Below are positions 9,823 to 18,653 of a DNA stretch of 32,000 nt, one piece after another. The first letter of the stretch is position 1; every line of letters starts with the position of its first letter. The notes beneath the pieces are model-generated. The model was not told where the DNA came from. It made no database searches and was given only the letters and a program-made list of their open reading frames with translations. Origin of the DNA: Candidatus Kuenenia stuttgartensis (GTDB lineage: Bacteria > Planctomycetota > Brocadiia > Brocadiales > Brocadiaceae); contig NZ_LT934425.1 in assembly GCF_900232105.1 (NCBI RefSeq), positions 3,090,001 to 3,122,000 of the forward strand, read 5' to 3'. The position numbers and the translations under genes are program-made.

Positions 9823-9890
9823 AAGAGACGCTTTGGAATTGTCGTCAAACAAATAGGGTTTTCGGTAACACGGTAGTTTTTTGAAAAAAT

Positions 9891-9960
9891 AAGGGCGAAG
9901 CATTTGCCCGTTTGGGTCTGAACGCATTTCTGCAATTTATAGCAAATGCTTCGCCCCTAC
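9891..9960 (+). repeat. Dispersed imperfect-palindrome repeat, family R1 copy B
   Basis: aagggcgaagcatttgcccgtttgggtctgaacgcatttctgcaatttatagcaaatgcttcgcccctac. Confidence 0.85.
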
Positions 9961-9994
9961 TATTACATTTTTATTGAGAGGAGAAACTCAAATA

Positions 9995-10636
9995 ATGGAA
10001 AAAACACGTTTTAACAAGACTTTTTTTAATACGGTTGAACCCATAAAGATTAGAGATATGCTTGCGGTGGTGCTTGGCGCAATTGATAAAAACGAACCAT
10101 TTGTCTTTGACTATACAGACGTAATAAAGCTTGCCGGGCATTCATGCCCCGCTGTTTCCGGTGCTTATAAATTGACGCAATTAGCCTTAAAAACCTTATA
10201 CAAAAATGATATGCCCGAACGCGGACGCATTCTGGTTACATTCAAGGGCGGCGTGGACTACAAGGTAAACGGTCCGATATCACAGGTTGTTACTTTGATA
10301 ACAGGTGCTTCCGTAGAAACAGGTTTTAAAGGGCTGGGAGGAGGCAAATACAACAGGCACAACCTGCTTTCGTTTAATGAGGAAGAAGAGGCGGAACCAA
10401 ACGCGGTATGTACGGTGATATTTGAAAGAATGGACAACAATAAAAAAATAGAAATCAGCTACCGCAATCACATGCTTCCTATGAACCCTAAAATGGGTGA
10501 TTTAATGCCGCTGGCAGTGACGGGAAAGGGTACAGACGCCGAAATAAAGGAATTTGGCGAATTATGGCACGAGAGAATTAAAATCATATTATTGAATCCT
10601 CCAAAGGGAATGTTTGAAATAAAGGAATTAAATTAA
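9995..10636 (+). CDS. FmdE-like domain protein
   Basis: VIKLAGHSCPAVSGAYKLTQLALKTLY resembles the FmdE H-x-C-P motif; no adjacent fmd genes, so the function is open. Confidence 0.65.
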   Translation: MEKTRFNKTFFNTVEPIKIRDMLAVVLGAIDKNEPFVFDYTDVIKLAGHSCPAVSGAYKLTQLALKTLYKNDMPERGRILVTFKGGVDYKVNGPISQVVTLITGASVETGFKGLGGGKYNRHNLLSFNEEEEAEPNAVCTVIFERMDNNKKIEISYRNHMLPMNPKMGDLMPLAVTGKGTDAEIKEFGELWHERIKIILLNPPKGMFEIKELN

Positions 10637-11004
10637 ATGAGGCCTTGCCTTATCAGGCGCTTTAAAAGAGGGAAGAATTGCTTTTACGCAGGTTTTCCCC
10701 TCTATCCCTTTTGGAAAGAAAAATGCTTACACTGTTACGCAAAATCCCGCCAATCATAAAAAAAAGCGGTAGGCGTCTTTGCATAAATATCTCTATCCGC
10801 CGGACAGTTCACGGGTGAATATATAACTTGACGAAGAAAGTTTAAAATGTATAATAAGTCACTATTTTAAAAGAATGAGCAATACTGTTGCTACGATATA
10901 CATGATGAAAGGGGGTGGAATACAGGGAAGGAGATAAATACTTTGTATACTCTATAGTAGTCTTATATGTTATATTTCAAAAAGATAGAAAAGGAGAATT
11001 AGTA

Positions 11005-11349
11005 ATGTTAAAGAAGGTATTGGTGGGAATGTTTGGCGCAGCGCTTATCGCAGGAATTGGTATGACAACAGCACAGGCTTACGACGTAAAACCGGCAAAA
11101 TTATGGGTAACTGCTATTGCTATTGGTACACCAATTGTGGGCGCTGAAATCAAAGTTGGTGATGAAGAATGCACTACGGGCAATAATGGCACCTGTGTAT
11201 TTGAATTGAGGCCTGGTACATATGCGATTTCCGTTCACGAGCATGGCGGACAAAGCGCACACAAAGAAGTTAGCCTGGAAGAAGGGAACATCCTATTTGT
11301 GTCATTGGATCTTGGCGCAAAAGCTCGTCATCCTTCAGGGAGCCACTAA
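11005..11349 (+). CDS. Small secreted protein with carboxypeptidase-regulatory-like (Ig-like beta) domain
   Basis: Signal peptide MLKKVLVGMFGAALIAGIGMTTAQA then VGAEIKVGDEECTTGNNGTCVFELRPGTYAISVHEHGG; aaaggag upstream of ATG 11005. Confidence 0.6.
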   Translation: MLKKVLVGMFGAALIAGIGMTTAQAYDVKPAKLWVTAIAIGTPIVGAEIKVGDEECTTGNNGTCVFELRPGTYAISVHEHGGQSAHKEVSLEEGNILFVSLDLGAKARHPSGSH

Positions 11350-11383
11350 TCTAACGTTAAACAATTGCAGTGTGCTATTTTAT

Positions 11384-11420
11384 AAAAGCAGTTATCACGT
11401 GTGTTGGTAACTGCTTTTTT
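11384..11420 (+). terminator. Probable Rho-independent terminator
   Basis: aaaagcagtta - 13 nt loop - taactgctttttt, 35 bp after the stop at 11349. Confidence 0.7.
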
Positions 11421-11715
11421 ATTTTACTAAAAGGCTATCCCCCGGCTGGTTCAGGGATTGCCGTCTGAACCAGCGCATTGTGTCAACGCTTCGTTGGCTG
11501 ATTATTACCAATAAATTCATTCTTTTCGCACGATATCATGTCCGCAATTTTTGCATGACAAGCCATTGAAAAATAATTCTAATTACTTATCTACAGAACA
11601 CTCCAATGTTTGCAAAATACTTTATGCCGTATACATAAACAACTTGAAGATGGCATTATAATTGCGCTAACGATACAAATGTAGTAAATAGAAATCATAA
11701 ACATTAAGTGATACC

Positions 11716-12162
11716 TTGTTAGCAAACGTCATTTTTGCAAATCATTTGCATTTGTGTTTTACCATGAAAACCAGTAAAAACCGTAGCATATCATTAATAT
11801 TTTCAGAGAAGCATTGGGGAATCGACTCTTTCATTGATTCAATAACAGATCCCATTGTCATATTTGATGCAGAACTTAATATAAAAAAATTAAACAAGGC
11901 TGCCAGGCAATTTTTCCCGGGCAAACCTGTTGACAAGAAATGTTTTGCGACAAAGCATAAATTTGTATCCGCATGCAAAGATTGTCTGATCTGGCAAACC
12001 TTAAAAACAGGCCATTCAATATGCGGAGAAATGTTGAACTTTAAAACGGGCGACCCTATACTCTTAAAATCATACCCCGTGTACAATAGTCAAAAGAAAC
12101 TAACAGGCGTAGTGCTTATTGGGAGAAATAGCAGTGATGTTCCAATAAAGTGGATGAGATAA
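11716..12162 (+). CDS. Small PAS-domain protein
   Basis: GIDSFIDSITDPIVIFDAELNIKKLNKAARQFFPGKPVDKKCFATKH...GEMLNFKTGDPILLKSYPVYNSQKKLTGVVLIGRN; PAS-like pattern, possibly starting at ATG 11764. Confidence 0.6.
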   Translation: MLANVIFANHLHLCFTMKTSKNRSISLIFSEKHWGIDSFIDSITDPIVIFDAELNIKKLNKAARQFFPGKPVDKKCFATKHKFVSACKDCLIWQTLKTGHSICGEMLNFKTGDPILLKSYPVYNSQKKLTGVVLIGRNSSDVPIKWMR

Positions 12163-12225
12163 AACATCGCGTTAGAAAATAATTTCCCGCCTGAAAAATT
12201 TATTCCGAAGGAATGAAAAGAGCGA

Positions 12226-12897
12226 ATGGTTATAACGTTGAAATGTATTAAAAAGAAAACCAGCTTAGTTTTACTTGTTTTTTTGATGCTGGGTGGTTGT
12301 TTCAGCACGCAAAAACCCCCAGTTACCATAGCCCCTTCAATCGACAAGAGGCTTTATGAAATACCACAGCAACCATTGACTATGGGTATTTATATCGACC
12401 CCGACCTGAGAAATCATGAACAGATTGAAAAAGTATCGAATCACATCATAGGTATTCAAGACTTTGTTTTTCCCGTAGGAAAACCTCTTGCTGAAAAAAT
12501 CAGAGAAACCTGCCAAATTATCTTTAGAGAAGTCATTTTTTTAAATAACCTTGATGATACGGCTTTACCGGAAGAAAAATCACTGGATGGGATTTTGGAG
12601 TTTCGCCTAAAAGATTCGGACATACGGCTGAAAATCGAGGAGGCGGTATTACATGCGGTAGGAGAACATAAGCTTTCTCTTTTCGTCACGCTCTATGACG
12701 CAAAATGGAACAAATTGTGGGAAGAGGAAGTTTTTGCAGAGGGGATAGGATTGGATGTCGTTACCTCACATATCGAATGGGAATGGTGGATTACCTCGGG
12801 TCCTAAATTTGGCCCCGCTGTTGATATGGCAATTGAAAAAATCACCTTTCATCTGGCGCAGAAACTTACGGTAGTAAAAAAAATCCTTAATAAATAA
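12226..12897 (+). CDS. Putative lipoprotein of unknown function
   Basis: Hydrophobic N-terminus with lipobox-like LMLGGC (KKTSLVLLVFLMLGGCFSTQ). Confidence 0.55.
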   Translation: MVITLKCIKKKTSLVLLVFLMLGGCFSTQKPPVTIAPSIDKRLYEIPQQPLTMGIYIDPDLRNHEQIEKVSNHIIGIQDFVFPVGKPLAEKIRETCQIIFREVIFLNNLDDTALPEEKSLDGILEFRLKDSDIRLKIEEAVLHAVGEHKLSLFVTLYDAKWNKLWEEEVFAEGIGLDVVTSHIEWEWWITSGPKFGPAVDMAIEKITFHLAQKLTVVKKILNK

Positions 12898-12939
12898 AAA
12901 TGTTTTCCATGAGGGATATTTGGTATGCGGTGATAAACG

Positions 12940-13875
12940 CTATTGTATAATTTCAATCTTTGCTTCACTTCGGAGTCTTTTCAGTAATCCAAGTATTTCT
13001 TCATCCAACATTGTTGAACGTACATCATCTATAACATCTTCAAAGTTTACGGCAACCCCTTCTTTTTTGCCGGTAACTTTTATCAGATGATATCCATACT
13101 CCGACTTTACCGGTTCACTTACTTTCCCAATGCGTAGCGAAAATGCCGTGCTTAAGAACGGTTCATCATATGTACCGCCCCTCCTTTGAATAAAACCTAA
13201 ATCTCCGCCTTTCGAAGCAGAAGGGCAGTCAGAATATTCTCGGGCAAGTTCTTCAAAATCAGATCCTTTATCAAGTTCGGATTTCAAGGTATTGATCAAC
13301 TGCGCCACCTTTTCGACCATATCACCGGAATTAAATTTTTTCGTATCTATAAAAATATGACTTACCCTTACTGCCTCCCCATTAAAAAAATGCTTGTTTT
13401 TCTCAAAGAATCTTTTCAGGTTTTGGGAATCGAGCGAGCCTTTAAAATATTTCTCAAGGGCGAGGGAATGTTTTATTGTTTTCTCGAAATCATATAAATT
13501 CGAACCGATGGAAGCAAGCATATCCCTTAAAAAGGCGTCCGCTTCGCCTTCATTGTCGGCAATTTCTTTTTTTATCAGCAGCAGTTCCCTGCTCATTTCC
13601 ATTGGAGTGACAACAATCCCTTGTTTATCGATGAAGTCTTCCAGTAAAATATCAGTGATAAGTTGTTCGATTATCTCTTGCCGGATTGCATTGTACGTTT
13701 CAACATCGGCATCCTTAAACATGTTTAAACGCTTATCGACATCGTCTTTTTTAATCTTCTTGCCATTCACAACTACCGCAATATTCTCCCCCAGGAGAGG
13801 ATTCTCCGGGAAACAAATTATCGCGGGAAATAGCAAAAAAACGGCGCATAAATAAAAAACGGCTTTTTTACACAT
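12940..13875 (-). CDS. PpiC/SurA-type peptidyl-prolyl cis-trans isomerase, exported
   Basis: KKDIDKMGF-free parvulin pattern: VRVSHIFIDTKKFN...ELAREYSDCPSASKGGDLGFIQRRGGTYDEPFLSTAFSLRIGKVSEPVKSEYGYHLIKVTGK; start at ATG 13873-13875 with a ggagg-type RBS. Confidence 0.9.
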   Translation of the reverse strand: MCKKAVFYLCAVFLLFPAIICFPENPLLGENIAVVVNGKKIKKDDVDKRLNMFKDADVETYNAIRQEIIEQLITDILLEDFIDKQGIVVTPMEMSRELLLIKKEIADNEGEADAFLRDMLASIGSNLYDFEKTIKHSLALEKYFKGSLDSQNLKRFFEKNKHFFNGEAVRVSHIFIDTKKFNSGDMVEKVAQLINTLKSELDKGSDFEELAREYSDCPSASKGGDLGFIQRRGGTYDEPFLSTAFSLRIGKVSEPVKSEYGYHLIKVTGKKEGVAVNFEDVIDDVRSTMLDEEILGLLKRLRSEAKIEIIQ

Positions 13876-14254
13876 TGTTACTCCTCCCCGAAACAGAAAA
13901 TATCGTGAAAGTGCTTGTATTGCCTTTGTTAAGCAGGTATCAAAAAATAACCATACTAAACATTCTTTCAATTGTCAATTTTATAAAACACCACTATATT
14001 CAAATGGTGCACAGTTTGTGTTTTATCAAATTGACACATAGCAATCATTCCGCAAGGGTGGCACGGACAAACACAGGTTGCCTGAGCCACCGCCCTTATA
14101 AAACTCCGATTTTGTGAGCATTTTGAATATAGTTATCATTCCCTTGCTTGACTTAGCTGCGCATGAGGGTTACAATTTTTACGTGAGAATGCAATCTTAA
14201 AAGTATTCATTTTTGACGGACGTATTGTTTTATGATTACAAGAAGAATGTTAAT

Positions 14255-14545
14255 CAAAACCGGTGTATTTGGCGCATGTTACCCGTTTTCCGCCGACATT
14301 CAGGATAAAAAACCTGCCGCACACCTCAGTAAAAACATTGGAAAATGCAAGGGAAATTGCATTTGATGCAGGGCCCTTTTTCCCTATGTAGGCAATGTTT
14401 CAGGTCACAACGGGGAAAAAATACCTATTGCCCTAATTGTAGGCATATTTTAGTCAGGCGGGCAGGATACAGAATATTAGAAAACCATATTGAAGATAAC
14501 AAATGCAAAGACTGCGAAACTGTAATGCCGGGCATATGGTCATAA
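14255..14545 (+). pseudogene. C-terminal remnant of an AmmeMemoRadiSam-system radical SAM protein (AmrS-like), frameshifted
   Basis: Different frames encode HVTRFPPTFRIKNLPHTSVKTLENAREIAFDAG, then YVGNVSGHNGE, then TYCPNCRHILVRRAGYRILENHIEDNKCKDCETVMPGIWS*. Matches the remembered AmrS C-terminal pattern (HxxRF..., YCPNC..L+.R.GY.+LENH...C..C....PGIW). Confidence 0.75.
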
Positions 14546-14617
14546 AGAAGCTATGTTTATTTAGCTTAGATTAGGTTGGGTTTGGCAACGACTTTATTCT
14601 GTTGCTGATGTTGATGT

Positions 14618-14640
14618 AGAGACGCATGCAATGCGTCTCT
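14618..14640. repeat. Perfect 9-bp stem palindrome repeat
   Basis: agagacgca tgcaa tgcgtctct. Confidence 0.7.
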
Positions 14641-14686
14641 GCAAAATTATTGAAATTCCTAAACATTAGATTAGAAAGGAAAAATC

Positions 14687-15118
14687 GTGACACTTAAAAT
14701 AAAGCCTGTTCGCACGGAAAGAAATAGAACGAAGCGTGAGAGATTGAAAATGTGGGGGAAGATTGTCGCTGTTGCAATTATCGTCTTCTTGGGAATTGCA
14801 TCACGGCAAAGTAACGCTTCGGAAGAAATAGATGTAGAGAAGGACGTCTATCTGTTTCTTCACGGAAGAACAGATCTGCGGGAAAAAGTCATAAACTCAC
14901 TGGTCACCTACGGATTTTCAAGGGAGAAAATAACTATGGCTACATCAGAAAAGGTGGGCAATGTAGGCGATTATATGGCAATGCTTTGGAAACCACCGGA
15001 ACCGGATCACATAAAAATTCAAAAGATTACCCAAGTTGAAAAAACAGAACCGGAAAAAATCAAAGGACTCTGGCGAGGTGTTGCCAGAGAGGATATAGAC
15101 ACTATTCTGCTGGAATAG
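14687..15118 (+). CDS. Hypothetical protein with N-terminal TM/signal segment
   Basis: 143 aa; aaaggaaaaatc upstream; hydrophobic IVAVAIIVFLGIASRQSNA. Confidence 0.5.
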   Translation: MTLKIKPVRTERNRTKRERLKMWGKIVAVAIIVFLGIASRQSNASEEIDVEKDVYLFLHGRTDLREKVINSLVTYGFSREKITMATSEKVGNVGDYMAMLWKPPEPDHIKIQKITQVEKTEPEKIKGLWRGVAREDIDTILLE

Positions 15119-15252
15119 AATAATTGTAGTGGCAAGGCGTGCCTCATACGCATCAACCTAACTTTTACTGAAAAGCCAGCAGTTGAAGCAAAGCAGGAGT
15201 AAAGATATTAATTTTTCAGAATGGGGATTCACCTCCCTCATATACTAAGAAC

Positions 15253-16068
15253 TTATTGGGATTGTTGTAACACGGAACGGAATTCTCTGCACAGTGGATA
15301 CACCATTATTAATTTTACATTTTCGTAAAGTTTGGAATAGTCTCCCAATTTCCCCCTCCCCTTCGTTTCTCCTAAATAAATCCAATTTGCTGCCTTATAG
15401 CATGTACCCCTGAAACGTTTTTTTTCTACAAACGTCTCTAACATTACAGGCCGGTATTTGTAACGATCTTCCCAATCATTCGGCAGTTTTTTGGCGACTA
15501 AGCCCAATACCCTTGATGCAAGATTCCTTGACTTTATCCAGGGCAAAATCAAAAACCGGCAATTATTTACTATCAGATTGAGATTTTGTTCCCGAATCTG
15601 ACTACTCCATCCGATAAAGTCTTCTCTTGCCTGCACATTCCACGCTGATGCACCAAAACCTAATGCCCCAAGTACGCCGTAACGACTGTTTATCTGATAG
15701 CGAAGTTGGGCGCCTACCAATCTTTTATATCCTAAATAATGCCAACGATGAATCATTTCGTTCCATATACGGGATTCTACAGGGGTTTTTACTATATCCA
15801 GACTTATATCTCCAATCTCTCCGGCTGATAGGTTGAGCAATGGCTGGTTATCATTTAACATATTACTATGCTTGTACGGCTTGCCATCGCCATTCCCATT
15901 TCGATTCAAAGATGGCGGCAAGGAGAACCACCCATCTCTTTCCATCCGCAGCAGCGCTACACGGCAACTCATATCCTTTAGCTTGCCGTCTGCCTTTCTC
16001 CACTCAAAGCGCTCACATATCTTCACCGAAATAGCCGTCCGGCACAAACCCTTTATCTTGGCCGGCAT
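15253..16068 (-). CDS. DUF4338 (DruA-like) protein
   Basis: Shares MSCRxALLxxxR, GAQLRY, FIGWSSQIREQNLNLIVNNCRFLILPWIKSRNLASRVLG, DWEDRYKYRPVMLETFVEKKRFRGTCYKAANWIYLGETKGRGK with the N-terminal half of the 26812..29223 protein. Confidence 0.75.
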   Translation of the reverse strand: MPAKIKGLCRTAISVKICERFEWRKADGKLKDMSCRVALLRMERDGWFSLPPSLNRNGNGDGKPYKHSNMLNDNQPLLNLSAGEIGDISLDIVKTPVESRIWNEMIHRWHYLGYKRLVGAQLRYQINSRYGVLGALGFGASAWNVQAREDFIGWSSQIREQNLNLIVNNCRFLILPWIKSRNLASRVLGLVAKKLPNDWEDRYKYRPVMLETFVEKKRFRGTCYKAANWIYLGETKGRGKLGDYSKLYENVKLIMVYPLCREFRSVLQQSQ

Positions 16069-16290
16069 CTCCTGTCATAGTGAAAAACCCTCTAAAAATC
16101 CAACCTGTCCACTTATTAATTCAAGGGTTGTTTTGCGCCGTCTCTTTTGTTTTAACAGTCCTTTGTGGGAACTCTTTAACAATTCTTCCATAAGCGCCGG
16201 AAGCATATTATTTGCAATTGCACGGCTCAGACGCCCTTTTCTTTGTAACCATTGAATCAGCTTTACCCCACTCACCCCCGACACATAGTA

Positions 16291-16876
16291 CTATGACAAT
16301 ACTATGCGCTTAGCGCATATATCCGCGTTACGATACATATTTCCTTCAATATCCCCTAATACCGAAAGATCAAAATATCCCAAATCCCTCAACAGCAAAT
16401 CCCTTTCCCCTATATGTTTCAATACCTTTGCTCCGTTTTTCTGATCAGGATAGGTGCCTTTCGTAATAGAAACTTCTTTCAATATATGATGTACCGCCTC
16501 ATATAATAAATCTATCTTTACGGATGATTTGCTCGCACTGCCTCCCGCACCTTTGAATTCTTCCGCCAAATGCTCATTGAGCGCTATTTGGGTACTATCC
16601 TGGAGGATACACATTCGAAAATTGCTCTAATACCGCAAAAGGTATCTTCTCTAATTTAGGACATACCTGTTCTTTGTATATTGCTTCAAACGTACGCTCT
16701 AAAAACGATACTGCTTTATCGCTATTTATCTTTTTACTCAATGCCTGCGGGGTTATATCTGACTCGGGAGACTTCTCGCGAAGAACATCCCTTAATCCTT
16801 CCAAAGAAATTATTCCGCTTCTTGAAATGCTAACCTTTACAACTACTGCCAAGTTAGGTTGATGCGTATGAGGCAT
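16291..16876 (-). pseudogene. IS4-like transposase N-terminal fragment, frameshifted and 3'-truncated
   Basis: Frame 1 (16595..16876) ...ITPQALSKKINSDKAVSFLERTF...FAVLEQFSNVYPPG*; frame 2 resumes LQDSTQIALNEHLAEEFKGAGGSASKSSVKIDLLYE...ERDLLLRDLGYFDLSVLGDIEG. One extra c in gtgtatcctccag breaks NVYLQDSTQI; no C-terminal DDE region follows. Confidence 0.8.
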
Positions 16877-16998
16877 GCCTTGCCGCTACAAATCATACAT
16901 CCTATAGGCAGATTTTTTTTTCAAAAAACTAAGGTGTTGCTAAAATTCAAAGTAAAAACGCTTATTCCCAGCATTTGCACACAGTGAAATAGGGCTAC

Positions 16999-18447
16999 TC
17001 AATGGGTTGTCTGGATAAAGAGCCTTTTCCAGTTATCCCGTCCGTCTATAATCTCTGCCCCGATTTGATATCTGTTTTGGCACATTCTTTTTGCAAACGC
17101 TACGCGGATGGAAAACTGGCCTGGTTTATGGTCATCGGTATTCAGAACCACCTTGCCCGAATATACATTACCAATTTTGGCCGCAAATTCAACTTCGCCC
17201 CGGAATCCCATTTTACTTATATCCTTTACTGTACACATCTTCCAATTGCTATCCGTTTCAATTTCAATGGACTGGGGCTGATGCAATCCGCTTACAATCT
17301 TTAAAGCGGTCATGTACCTGCTTGCTACCCTCTTTTCAGGTATGGCAACCTTTGCGTCCGTAGCTGCTGAAACGATCTTGTTGCGCCCGCTTTTTTTCCC
17401 CAAATAGAGAAACCTGTCTGCCGATGCAGTTACCTCTTCTACGTTATTCCCGTCCTCAGGATAGCAGGCAACGCCAGCCGTTATTGTCACTTTCTCTTTG
17501 TGTCCTCCTCCTACCTCTATAGCAAGTTTCTTTTCTATTGCTGACCTGAGTTTTTCGGCGCTTGCGACTGCCCCGGGTTTATTTGTTCCTGGCAGTAAAA
17601 TGATAAACTCTTCACCGCCGTACCGGGCAATAACATCACTCTGTCTCGCGTTCAGTTTTAAAACAGATGCCAGCTTTCTCAACACTTCATCGCCAAGCAA
17701 GTGGCCGTAAGTGTCATTAAAATATTTAAAATGATCGATATCCACCATGATTATTGAAAAGAATTCTCCACGCCTTTCCGCCTGGCGATATTCTCTCTGG
17801 CTGCTCTCGAGAAAGTATCTTCTGGTATATAGCGAAGTCAATTCGTCCACCATGGCAACCTTTTGCGCATGCTCATAATTACGCGCCCTATCTATGGCAA
17901 TTGCTACATTATGTGCTATAGCAACAAACAACATTTTGTCCGTATCCCTGAAGGCATTCTTCTCCTTCTTGTGAATGTTCAAGACTCCAATTACTTTGTC
18001 GTTATTTAATTTTAATGGTATGGAGATAAAAGACCCGATATCTGGTATCTTTCCCTTGTAAAAAAGAAATCGTGGGTCTTTATCTGTGTCAGGAATCAAT
18101 ATAGACTCACCGGTTTGGGCCACGAGACCGGAAATTCCTTCGCCTATTTTAAACGTTATACCCTTCGCCTCCCCAAAGCTGCAGTCATCCACTTTCCACA
18201 TTTTCAACTCATTACATTCATCATCTATCAGCATAAAGCAGAAATCTTCAATCCTTAAGGACTCCTTCAAGACATTTATAGTGTTGTGGAAAAGTTCATT
18301 CAACTGAAGTGAAACGTTTAAATTTTTACTGAGGCTGTATAGCAGGTAAAGTTCAAAGAGACGTTCCTTTAATGCCTCACTCTCCTTCTGTGCAAAGACA
18401 AAAAGGTCATACTCACTGCCAATCTGTGCTTTTTTGGGGGTATTCAT
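16999..18447 (-). CDS. GAF - GGDEF (diguanylate cyclase) - PilZ protein
   Basis: GAF: GEGISGLVAQTGESILIPDTDKDPRF...ISIPLKLNNDKVIGVLNIH; GGDEF: VDELTSLYTRRYF...RYGGEEFIILLPG; PilZ-like: RVASR ... DISKMGFRG. Confidence 0.9.
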   Translation of the reverse strand: MNTPKKAQIGSEYDLFVFAQKESEALKERLFELYLLYSLSKNLNVSLQLNELFHNTINVLKESLRIEDFCFMLIDDECNELKMWKVDDCSFGEAKGITFKIGEGISGLVAQTGESILIPDTDKDPRFLFYKGKIPDIGSFISIPLKLNNDKVIGVLNIHKKEKNAFRDTDKMLFVAIAHNVAIAIDRARNYEHAQKVAMVDELTSLYTRRYFLESSQREYRQAERRGEFFSIIMVDIDHFKYFNDTYGHLLGDEVLRKLASVLKLNARQSDVIARYGGEEFIILLPGTNKPGAVASAEKLRSAIEKKLAIEVGGGHKEKVTITAGVACYPEDGNNVEEVTASADRFLYLGKKSGRNKIVSAATDAKVAIPEKRVASRYMTALKIVSGLHQPQSIEIETDSNWKMCTVKDISKMGFRGEVEFAAKIGNVYSGKVVLNTDDHKPGQFSIRVAFAKRMCQNRYQIGAEIIDGRDNWKRLFIQTTH

Positions 18448-18551
18448 CAGTATAACATTTTCCTCATATCCTTATCTTGATCGTGCAGGGATTTTCACCT
18501 GAAAATCTCCATTTGCGTAACAATTTAGTATTTTGAAAAATTCCAACAAAT

Positions 18552-18625
18552 GTAGGGGGCGAAGCATTTTCTATAAATTGTCATAAATGCGTTTATACCC
18601 AAACGGGCAAATGCTTCGCCCCTAC
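18552..18625 (-). repeat. Dispersed imperfect-palindrome repeat, family R1 copy C
   Basis: Reverse complement gtaggggcgaagcatttgcccgtttgggtataaacgcatttatgacaatttatagaaaatgcttcgccccctac. Confidence 0.85.
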
Positions 18626-18653
18626 TTTTATGTTAAATTATCCGACTCTTTTA

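Larger units (their letters stand above)
15125..16890 (-). mobile_element. Composite/defective transposable element with 40-bp terminal inverted repeats
   Basis: 15125..15164 tgtagtggcaaggcgtgcctcatacgcatcaacctaactt versus reverse complement of 16851..16890 tgtagcggcaaggcatgcctcatacgcatcaacctaactt (38/40 identical). Contains the 5' part of an IS4-like transposase and a DUF4338 ORF. Confidence 0.85.

Noticed and set aside
13394-13855. 153-aa plus-strand ORF opposite the PpiC PPIase
   Set aside because: Serine/leucine-rich antisense shadow of a clear protein-coding gene.
15253-16068. Calling the DUF4338 ORF a Druantia defence locus
   Set aside because: No DruB-E homologues or large helicase nearby, and the ORF is enclosed by 40-bp transposon-like inverted repeats.
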